Shown here one piece after another: positions 54,562 through 64,000 of a stretch of DNA of 64,000 nt. The number at the start of each line of letters is the position of its first letter. Position 1 is the stretch's first letter. Made by a program: the position numbers and the translations under genes. Source of the stretch: Octopus sinensis (lineage: Eukaryota); NCBI RefSeq assembly GCF_006345805.1, contig NC_043014.1:30256001-30320000 (forward strand), read 5' to 3'. A model generated the notes under the pieces. It saw only the letters and a list, made by a program, of their open reading frames with translations. It was not told the DNA's origin and searched no databases.

Positions 54562-55742
54562 TGTGTGTGTGTGTGTGTATCTTTGTTTGTCCCACCACCA
54601 CCACCACCATCAAGCAGTTTGGCAAAAGAGACTGATAGAATAAGTATTAAGCTTACAAAGAATAAGTCCTGGGGGTCAATTTCTTCAACTAAAAAAAACC
54701 GTTTGTGGTGCTGCAGCATGGCTGTAGTCATATGATTGAAACAAGTAAAAAAATAAAAGAATTATTTGAAGAATGGGGATTTCTTTATCATGAACATAGG
54801 TGTAAAATATCAAACAGTAATTTATTATATAATGAGAGTGGGTTAAAGTATTGAGCTGGCAGAATCATTAACATGCTGGTCAAATTGTTTAGAGGCATTT
54901 CGTGCATCTTTATGTTCTGAGTTCAAATTCCACAAAGATAGACTTTAGCCGTTCATCCTTTCGGGATCAATAAAATAAGTTCTAGTTGAGCACTAGAATC
55001 AACCGAATCAACCGTCATTGATTGGTCGAAATTACCGAAATACAAGAACTTTAACGTGAAATAACTTTGTAAATATAAGTTTTTCTCAAAAATGCTAAGA
55101 GTAAAAGCTGTTTTATATGACACATTCTACCAGTGTGCGAAGTTTGAAAGTGTTTAGTTACAAAAAATTATTTTTTAAATCCGTAGGTCAAAAGACCTAC
55201 AGATTTAAAAAATAAAGATCCCAGAACAAATTAACTCATATATCGAAGCATTACAGTGCTATACATGTTGACATTTCACAGGTTTACATTACAGCAGGTA
55301 TACTTCTCTGCTAAAGTTCAAAGGTCACTTTCAAATTTGCTTTCCATTTTGAGGATACATGCACTTTTTCAGTGTACTTTAATCAGCAATTATAAATCTA
55401 ACTGAACTCTTCTGTTTGTATATATCATAATACTAAAGAAAAAAAAAGCACTATGTATTATTAAGAGAGATGGTTTTTCTGGGATCTCATAGGTTATAAT
55501 CAGAGGTGGGGGTTATACAATGGGGTGTAATATATACAAATAAGATATACATTCTTACTAATACATTAAATCTCTCTGCAATTAGAACAGTTAGAACACA
55601 AATAGGCACACATGCACACAGAAGTACAACCATCACTATTTCCATTACCATCATCACTTCCACCATTACTACCACTACTTTGTCTCTTTAGACAGTAAGG
55701 GGAACTATAAAAGCAGAAAATACTGGAGTTACACAACTACAC

Positions 55743-55841
55743 AAGACAAGACAGACTCTTCAGACTCTTCTTCTCCAATGTGAACAAGAACTCATCTTCA
55801 CTTTTCAAATTTTCATTCTTCATGAATTCTGTCACTACATT
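55743..55841 (-). CDS. Possible, perhaps optional, exon of gene A (NVVTEFMKNENLKSEDEFLFTLEKKSLKSLSCL; phase 0 to 0)
   Basis: Acceptor gcatgttacag and protein-like sequence, but the donor is weak (CTT|gtgtag). It can be skipped without breaking the frame. Confidence 0.5.
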
Positions 55842-56902
55842 CTGTAACATGCACATCATCATCATCATCATCTCATACATGACAAGCACACATACACAGA
55901 CATTACACTTACATGCAACCGAATACACACTCACACTCTTGGCATTAGGAATGGCATCCAGCTGTAGAAACTCTGCCAGATAAGATTGGAGCCTGGCGCA
56001 GCCATCTGGTTCGCCAGACCTCAGTCAAATCGTCCAACCCATGATAGCGTGGAAAGCAGATGTTAAACGATGATGATGATGATGATGACAAAAGCACTAT
56101 TCTTTCTTTCTTTGTCAATATAAAAATGTATTGGTGAATAATCTAAGCATTAATTGTTCTAGGGTCGTATTGTTCTGGGGGGGGGGGTCATATAAATATA
56201 CAAGACCTTTTGTCACTCACTACATCCACCTCTGAACTCCAGTTCTGTCACTATGCATCTTCTCTCTTCTCCACACTTCACATCATCTCCCTATTTCTCA
56301 TTTACCTATGGTTTTATTATACTGCTGCTCTCCCCCTCCCTCACTTTTTATGTATTGCCATTTATCATCTCCTCTTCCCCAACCCATTCCTATTTTTCTT
56401 TACCTTTCCCCAAACTAAGCTTCACCATTGACCATGCCTCCACACATGTCCCCTAGTCATTGCATTCCCCTTCTTTCCCCTATCTCTAACCATCTGCCAC
56501 TCCCCTTTCATACTCTCACTCACCCTCGATTTTCAGTCCTTATTCTCACTGTATCTACCTTCTTGTACCCTGAGGATACACCCTGACCCCCTCCTTTCCA
56601 CTATCTCTACTCCCTTTCCTATTTGTGTAGCCATGTATTTCTTCTACAGCAAAACACTTGTTCCTAACCCTCTATCATACTTTAGACTCTCAACACCAAG
56701 CACAAAGCCACTTCCCTTAATACTGCACTCTCACTTGCCAAGGGGTTTTGTATTGCAAGTTACTTGGCGACCTCACTAGTGTCAGTTCCAAGAAAAAAAG
56801 CACAAAATACTATCAGTAAAATGGTTGGCATTAGAAAGGGCAGTCATTCATAGAAACTATGCCAAGACAGACACTGGAGTTCAATGTCCTCTAGTTAGTC
56901 AG

Positions 56903-57132
56903 ATCTTGTCAAACTGTCCAACCCAATCTTGTCAAACTGTCCAACCTGATCTTGTCAAACTGTCCAACCCAATCTTGTCAAACTGTCCAACCTGATCTTG
57001 TCAAACTGTCCAACCCGATCTTGTCAAACTGTCCAACCCGATCTTGTCAAACTGTCCAACCTGGTCTTGTCAAACTGTCCAACCTGATCTTGTCAAACTG
57101 TCCAACCTGATCTTGTCAAACTGTCCAACCCT
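56903..57132. repeat. Ten tandem 23-bp units (atcttgtcaaactgtccaacc-yr) inside an RTE-3' SINE
   Basis: Counted unit by unit. Variation is almost limited to the last two bases. Confidence 0.95.
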
Positions 57133-57241
57133 TACCAGCATGGAATACAGATGTTAAATAATGATGATGACAATGGCTGGAGTTACACAGCTATACAAAA
57201 CATTGAGATCACACAGAAGCAGAAAACAATAGTGTCCTTAC

Positions 57242-57397
57242 AGTTTCTTTGCTGTCACCTATTCTTGTCACCTGTTTTGGCCAGGTAGATCTGATCTGTT
57301 GTTCAGGGTGTATATAGTTCTGAAGTAGCTTAAATTTGTCATTGATGTTCTCTAAATTGACTCGTAACTCCTCAAATATCACAGAAGACAGAGCAAC
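57242..57397 (-). CDS. Coding exon of gene A (VALSSVIFEELRVNLENINDKFKLLQNYIHPEQQIRSTWPKQVTRIGDSKET; phase 0 to 0)
   Basis: Acceptor ccttcctttctttcatcag and donor ACT|gtaagg. 52 open codons with a helical or coiled-coil-like composition. Absent from the ORF track because it has no ATG. Confidence 0.8.
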
Positions 57398-58519
57398 CTG
57401 ATGAAAGAAAGGAAGGTATTCAGGACTAGAACAACAACAACAACAACAACAACATTAAAAACATGTTTTTATAACTGAAGTAGCATGATGGCTACGAGAT
57501 TAATCTGCTTGACCACAAGGTCAAAACTTTTAGATCTTATTACAATTTGTGTTGTAACCATGGCTAAGATATCTAGTTATGCTTGCTTTAGTTTCTCTAA
57601 GTTCAGTGAAAGTCAAGTTCCACTTAACTTCACAGATGTGTGGTTAATGGTAGGGAGAGAATTCAGCTGTATTAACCCTTTAGTATTCAAACAGGCCATA
57701 TCCAGCCCAAATATTCTACCTGTTTTATGTTCAAACCAGCCAGATGAGGCCTCTCACATCTACCCTATAATGTCATTCTAAATATATACAATCATCAAAA
57801 CCTCAGAGCTAAGAGATAAGGCATGATTAATGGAAAACAATGTGAATAAATCTGAATAATAAAGAACTAAATTGTTCCTCCAACAAATAAACCACCACCT
57901 ACTTATGCAAGAATAGAAAAAGGGATAGAGCATTAAGTATTTCAACTTTTGTAGTGAAACAGAATTCACTAGTACTTATTTTAAAAACCTTAACTAGATA
58001 GGACATACTTGACTATGGTAGGGTTTGAACCCAGAGTTTAGAGGTTATTATACTAAAATACTATATACATTTAGTTTGGTGCACTTACTATTGGTGATAT
58101 CTATATACTCTAAAACAGGCCACGAGAGAATTTGAATCCAACCCTCAAAGACAACAAAACACTTATCTTCATTAGTTAGGCAATTAACACTTGTTAATTA
58201 ACTGAGATATGTCTCTTTATAGTATCTGTTTACAGATGGGTTGATCTCACCCAGCCATTGCCTAATGTTATTTGACACAGATACAACGCAATATTGGTGA
58301 GGGGATAAGAAACAGTAGCCAAACACCTAACAACCAAGGAATTGAGTTCTCATATTGAGGAGAATGAGGTAGTATAGAACCAACACAACTAAATACAAAA
58401 GAAGTCCATGTCATTACAAAAAAAATGTGACTCAAATCTAAGTTGAAATAATTTAGAACTTTAGGCATCCAATGTAAGATATACAAATATAGTTTAGTAT
58501 GAGTAAATCATACACTAAC

Positions 58520-58542
58520 CTTTTCATCCGCTGGTGATATAT
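58520..58542 (-). CDS. 23-nt microexon of gene A (DISPADEK; phase 1 to 0)
   Basis: Acceptor aatcttgcag and donor AAG|gttagt. It supplies exactly the phase 1-to-0 shift needed between 59085 and 57397. Confidence 0.7.
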
Positions 58543-58743
58543 CTGCAAGATTTCATTTGTTCCATTGTTTTTATTTTTTCATTGATAAAGAGAATAGAAT
58601 TAATCATGATTATTAGATAAAATACAAAACATAATGCAGCATAACCAAAACGAACAAACTAAATTAGAAGATGAATATATAAATAGTAATCAATTCAAAT
58701 TACACACAAATACACACATACACATGCACGCACACACATGCAC

Positions 58744-58787
<44 letters not shown>

Positions 58788-59084
58788 TCATTTGACTGTG
58801 GCCATGCTGGAGCCCTTAATAAAAATGCTTGTCAGATGCATGTGTCTAATGTATATGTGTGTGTGATTATATAAACTTATGTAAATATATATCTGTGTAT
58901 GTGTGTTTGTGTATAACAGCATTTTCAGTTGCATCCTTTTATATCAAAATGTAACTTATAACAGAACAGAAGAATACACTTGAGTCACTTCAATATACTA
59001 TACTTCTTCTTTAATAATTTGATACATTGGTCCAGTATAGGGACTATCCATTGTTAGTATCTAGAGAAATTTTTGATAACTCAC

Positions 59085-59293
59085 CTGACTTCGGTAGATG
59101 TGTATTTGTAATTTTGGTCCTAGGTGATTTTTGTGCATTTTCAACAGGAGTATTTGGTTTTGAACCAAGTGACGAACTGTTTTGATTTTCCTTAAAACTT
59201 GACAGAGCTCTTGGCATTGGTTGAGAGCCAAAGGTTCCTTCTGCACAATCATCAATGTGAACGTCTTCAATATTTCCCAGACCATTAAAGAAA
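59085..59293 (-). CDS. Coding exon of gene A (SFFNGLGNIEDVHIDDCAEG...THLPKS; phase 2 to 1)
   Basis: Acceptor tttttcttttttcag and donor CAG|gtgagt. Lies within ORF 59044..59316, and phases match both neighbours. Confidence 0.85.
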
Positions 59294-60914
59294 CTGAAAA
59301 AAGAAAAACCCCACAAAAAACACTAAATAAATCATATATATTTTTTTCTGATTTCTCAAAGAAAATATGTTTAGAACTGCTGCACACACACACACACACA
59401 CATGCAAATACACACACACACGAAAAGACACACACAAACACACATGCACATACGCACACATCATCATCATCATTGTTCAACGTCTGTTTTCATGCTGGCA
59501 TGGGTTGGACGGTTTGACTGAGGACTGGCAAGCCAGAAGGCTGCACCAGGCTCCAGTCTGATCTGGCAGTTTCTACAGCTGGATGCCCTTCCTAACGCCA
59601 ACCACTCCGAGAGTGTAGTGGGTGCTTTTACGTGCCACTGGTATGAGGGCCAATCAGGCAGTACTGGCAATACCCATGCTCAAAAGGTGTTTTTTACATG
59701 CCACCAGCACAGAAGCCAGGTAGCAGCCCTGGCAACAATCACACTAAGATGGTACTTTTTAACATTCAACTGGCATGAGTGCCAATCAGGTGGTACTGTC
59801 ATCGGCCATGTCAGTGATTTTGATTTCACTTGCCTCAACAGGTCTTCGCAAGAAAAGTTTATAGTCCAATGAATGAAGGGTACTCTGAAGTGGGCAGGTT
59901 ATACACCACTGGCATAGGCTACACCTGCTGCATTCAGCTACTCTGCATTGATAAAGGGCAAATACTCTGAAACATGTCTGCAGATGCCTGACCAGCAAGG
60001 GGAAGCAGCTGACCTCCCCTGTTCGAAGGTTATAATGAACACAGGTTTGTGTGTCATATAGCTAGCCAGAGGCGATGGCCTCTTGGAGCTAATCAATGGC
60101 AGCTTTCCTCCTATATTTATGGACTGCCATATTAGCTTTGCAATAACTATTAATATATATATACACACACACACACACATTTATGTGTGTGTGTGTTTAG
60201 AATGGGGCTTGAGTTTTTTTCAACAAAGGTTCCAGTTGTTCCAATAAGCTACATATTCATTATATGTGTCATAGAGTAAGCGGTTAAGCATTCAACAAAC
60301 ACTTGTATCTTTGACATTATTCTCATACAGAATCAATGTTTAACTGAGTGTTACCAAGTTGTACCCTTGGTTTCTAACATTGGAACAAGGTCACAAATCA
60401 CAGGGCAGAAGAACAGTGAAGCAAGCAAATTGACCCAATGCCTTATCAACTCTAGAATGACAAAACGGTGAAGTTGACTATAAAGGCCCATATCTAAATA
60501 CTGCAATGGCATCATAAACAACAAAATATAATCTTCTAATGATTCTGCCAATTTACTGCCCATGCCAATCTAACCCAAAGCATAAAAACGTAAAAGAAAA
60601 TACTATACGGTATTTACAAAATCAACCCTGTACCATTTCTGACACCTTACCACAATTACAAGAAATCTGCAGAATAACAAGTCAATAAGGGAGCATTTCT
60701 TAATGCAATCACACAGTTCTATGATACAAATTTTGTGTTTCCAAATGATCTAAATTAAAGCTTTCTATCAGAATTTCATGTTAATTTAGGTTCCAAAGAC
60801 CAGCTTAATCATAGCGATAAATTCTTCATTATTTTCAAAATTAATTGAAAGAAAGACAGTGCATTCCATCAGAAAAATAGTAACAAAAAGAGTTAAAGGT
60901 TAAAATTGTTTTAC

Positions 60915-61051
60915 CTATCGTTGCCATTCACAAGATCTGCTGATCCCAACCGAAGAGAAGAAGGAGAAGGAGAAAGTTTCTCTTTGTCTTGATTTGCTAT
61001 TTTTGAATTACTGCCATTTTCAGAGGGTAGAGAATGGTTAACATCAGCTTT
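60915..61051 (-). CDS. Coding exon of gene A (KADVNHSLPSENG...ADLVNGND; phase 0 to 2)
   Basis: Acceptor cctgtgatctgtttcag and donor TAG|gtaaaa. Lies within ORF 60911..61144. Confidence 0.8.
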
Positions 61052-61120
61052 CTGAAACAGATCACAGGAAATAAAAATACCAAATAAATGAGATTTGCTT
61101 GGTTGAAATTCATAACATAC

Positions 61121-61137
61121 TCCAATATCAACATATT
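61121..61137 (-). CDS. 17-nt microexon of gene A (EYVDIG; phase 1 to 0)
   Basis: Acceptor ttttttaaaaattttgtcag and donor GGA|gtatgt. It bridges the phase-1 end of 63373 to the phase-0 start of 61051. Alternatively 60915-61137 is one exon with the 69-nt intron retained. Confidence 0.6.
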
Positions 61138-61299
61138 CTGACAAAATTTTTAAAAAAAGAAGAAAAAACCCCAGAAATTTATTCTATGTGGCATGACAAC
61201 AGTTAAAGTAAAACTTGGAGGAAAATAACAGATGCAAGAATCTAGCAAATTAAAACACAGAGATCCCTGAAACGAGGAAAAATAAAGTCCCATTGCTGC

Positions 61300-63060
61300 C
61301 AACATTACAAACACCACAAATGTAAAATCAAGACTACTACACCTACTTCTACACACCCGCAAACCAAGACAAAGAAGGAGTCTACTCCCAGTTGCCAGAG
61401 AAAAGCAAGTTTATCCTGAATGCTCTTCCTCCCAAACCAACATCAACTGCAGTGACATGGAGAAAGAAGAGCTGAACAATCAATGGATCACAGTGACAAA
61501 AGAGGGTAGTGACAGGAGCAAACTTAATTTCGTACCTAGGCAGCTTACAAGGCTCTTGGTGACAGATATGAGATACTGCGAAAAGCCAACCACAGCCTCT
61601 GAAATACAGGAGGCGATGAGCGATTGCACAAGTCGCAAATCGCTCAGTTTGGATGGTTTGCCCTGTGAATTCTATGTTTTCATGCCAGATTTGTTTGGCA
61701 ATCTCTTGGCAGATGTCTACAGTAACTGGCAGCAGAACGGGAGAATTTCTACCGCTGTTAGGTAGGGTGTGGTAACACTGCTGAGAAAGGATGCTGACAA
61801 TGGGGATGTGCTACAGGCCATAACTCTGCTAAACACAGAGTTTAAGATTTTGATCAAGGTGTTAGCACAAAGGTCAGTGCTTGTTGTTGGTAGTCTGGTC
61901 AGGGATGAACAAACGTGCGCAATGCCAACTAGGTCTATCAACAACAACCTCTACCTAATGCGATACATCATAGAGAGGGTTGGGACTAAAGCAAGCTACG
62001 GTGGGGCCCTGATCAATTTAGATCAGTCGGAAGCTTTTGATGGGGTAGACCATTGCTACTTGGAAGCTGTCCTTAAAGTGACTGGTTTTGGACCTGTTTT
62101 CAGAGGCTGGATTGCTGCAATGCACAACAGCACCTGCTCGGTGGTCAAAGTAAATGGCCATCTATTGGAACTGTTTAGTATTGCACATTCAGTCCATCAG
62201 GGCTGCCCGCAGTCACCTCTCCTGTATGTGCTGGTTCTCGAGCCACTACTATGGACATTGGAACAGTTAAGAGGCTTCTTTTGAAATTGAACTTGGGAGG
62301 GCAGTGTCTGCATATGCAGACAATATCACCATCATAGTGTTGGATGCCTCCAAAGTGGAGATGGTCAGCCCCATTGCAAAGGAATATGAGTCTCTTGCAG
62401 GGGCTAAAACCAATGCCAACAAGTTGGTGGGTTTGTGACTGGGCACCTGAAGAGGCAGATTGATGTTGTCGGACACTGGACTGGCAGACCAGTTTAACAG
62501 TTCAGGGTCTGGTTTGGTCCCGACCTCCAGGTGGATAGGACTTGGGAAGTGATGATGAACAGGGTGACCTCTCTTACACAGAAATAGGTAGAGGGGAAGT
62601 TGTCCCTAAAGGTCGAGCAGAATGGCAAATGCCTACACTGCCTCTATCATTATTTATCATCTGACCGTCATGCCTTGCCCCAATTACTGCTCGATTAGAC
62701 AGGAGTGTATCTTGTTTATTTTCTTGTAGAAGGGACATGTTCCAATGGTCAGGCGGTTGGTCTGCTGCCAACTTCCTTTGCATGGCAGCTTAGTAATACC
62801 ATGGCTTTTAATGCGCAGACACACACTCAGGTTGCACCACCTACATTGATTTTTAGAAGGTGAACATGTGTGGGCACCATTTGTGAGACACGCTTTTCTG
62901 CAGCTCGTCTCCTTGACGAAGTTGCAGTCCTGGGTAGAGGATAGGCCAACACTGGGCACCTGGCACTTAGAATGTCATCAGGTGCTCACTGTCCTCTACA
63001 AGTTGGGCAATAGGATGGGTGGATGTTCCACTTTAGATATTTACAGAGGATTAGTAGTGG
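61300..63060 (+). mobile_element. Decayed L1/Tx1-clade LINE, antisense within intron 61138-63372 of gene A
   Basis: ORFs 61457..62284 carry GLPCEFY, TLLRKD, LINLDQSEAFD and VHQGCPQSPLLY. Same family as 17200-19190. Confidence 0.9.
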
Positions 63061-63372
63061 AGAACTTTATATTTAGCAATGGGTCAACTCCAAGTAAAAG
63101 TAAAAGTATGAAAACAACTATACTTCAAAAAGGATTGTCCTTTTGCCTGAGGAATTTATCCCAGAAAGAGATTGCAGTGATAGGAATAGGGATCAGAAAG
63201 GAGTTGGAAACCACCAAGGCAGGAACAAATATAAAAAAGAGCCTCTTAAGAACAACACATATGCTACAGAGGGTGGGAGAAGCAAAGTTAAACACAGCAG
63301 ACTTTGAATTAAGCACATGGAGAGATGAGACTAGATGCTTAGAGCATTTAGTCTGGTGCTCTGTCAACTTAC

Positions 63373-63441
63373 CACTTTTGTAAAATTGCTCTTTTTTTTT
63401 TAACAAGTTTGGAATGGTGTTATTAACAGAAAAATAAGCTT
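63373..63441 (-). CDS. Internal coding exon of unidentified minus-strand gene A (phase 1 to 1; xAYFSVNNTIPNLLKKKEQFYKS)
   Basis: Very strong acceptor (tttatttatttattattttttttttgcag) and donor (GTG|gtaagt). The 69 nt are open in only one frame, and its phase matches the next exon. Confidence 0.75.
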
Positions 63442-64000
63442 CTGCAAAAAAAAAATAATAAATAAATAAAACAGAAATTTAAAAAAGTACCTTAAACTCT
63501 TCAAAAAATACTTTGTGATTTTTTAAGAATTTAGCCCTTCTTTCTTCAAAATCTTTTTCCTACAAAAGAATGAACAGGGAAATCATAAAGTGAATAAAAA
63601 AGGAGGCATATGTCATTCTTTCTATCTTTCATCTTTTACTTGTTTCAGTAATTTGACTGCAGCCATGCTGGGGCACTGCCTTGAATTGTCTTTTAGTTGT
63701 ACAAATTGACTCCAGGACTTTTTTTTTTTAAGCTTATTGATATCTTTTTGCCAAACTGCTAAACTACAGGGATGTAAACACAACAACACTGGTAATCAAG
63801 CAGTGGTGGGGGCTGAAAACAGACACAAAGACACACACACACACACATATATGTGCTATTATGTTAAACTGTTGTATGTCTAAATTTGGCCAAATACGTT
63901 TTTTTCAATATTTATTTTTGCTTGCAAAAGCTGTTTTTTTTTCTTTTATGGTCAAACTATCGTATCTCCATCTGCATCGGATGCCAAGATATCAAAAATT

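Noticed and set aside
56903-57132. CRISPR-like array
   Set aside because: No spacers, eukaryotic context, and the unit derives from a SINE.
63950-64000. Possible upstream exon of gene A (IFDILASDADGDTI)
   Set aside because: Only a weak phase-0 donor, which does not match the phase-1 start of 63441. It is also truncated by the window edge.

Overview
AT-rich, microsatellite-dense eukaryotic genomic DNA. The SINE, RTE and Penelope repeat families look like those of an octopus (coleoid cephalopod); this is inferred from recognising the repeats, not from a search. Most ORFs in the supplied track are read-throughs of (CA)n, (TA)n, (GAA)n or (AAT)n tracts. By hand I assembled a minus-strand spliced gene of 11 exons (63441 to 43115, about 500 aa, 5' end outside the window, product not recognised) whose intron phases all chain. 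It includes 17-nt and 23-nt microexons and a 69-nt in-frame, stop-free intron. Weaker minus-strand exon candidates lie at 34.1k, 33.3k, 26.2k, 14.5k and 12.2k. The rest is mostly decayed mobile DNA: CR1-like, L1/Tx1-like, RTE, restriction-like-endonuclease (REL) LINE and Penelope-like (PLE) fragments, three mariners, a pogo/Tigger-type MITE and many tRNA-derived SINEs. The most striking structure is an apparently perfect 1343-bp palindrome (21607-22949, 1-nt loop) carrying a type I hammerhead ribozyme motif on each strand near its outer ends. A second, non-canonical hammerhead-like motif sits at 20384-20421. The window also holds an unusual series of local inverted duplications (4.4k, 9.9-10.6k, 23.5-24.4k, 29.3-29.6k, 50.2-50.7k).
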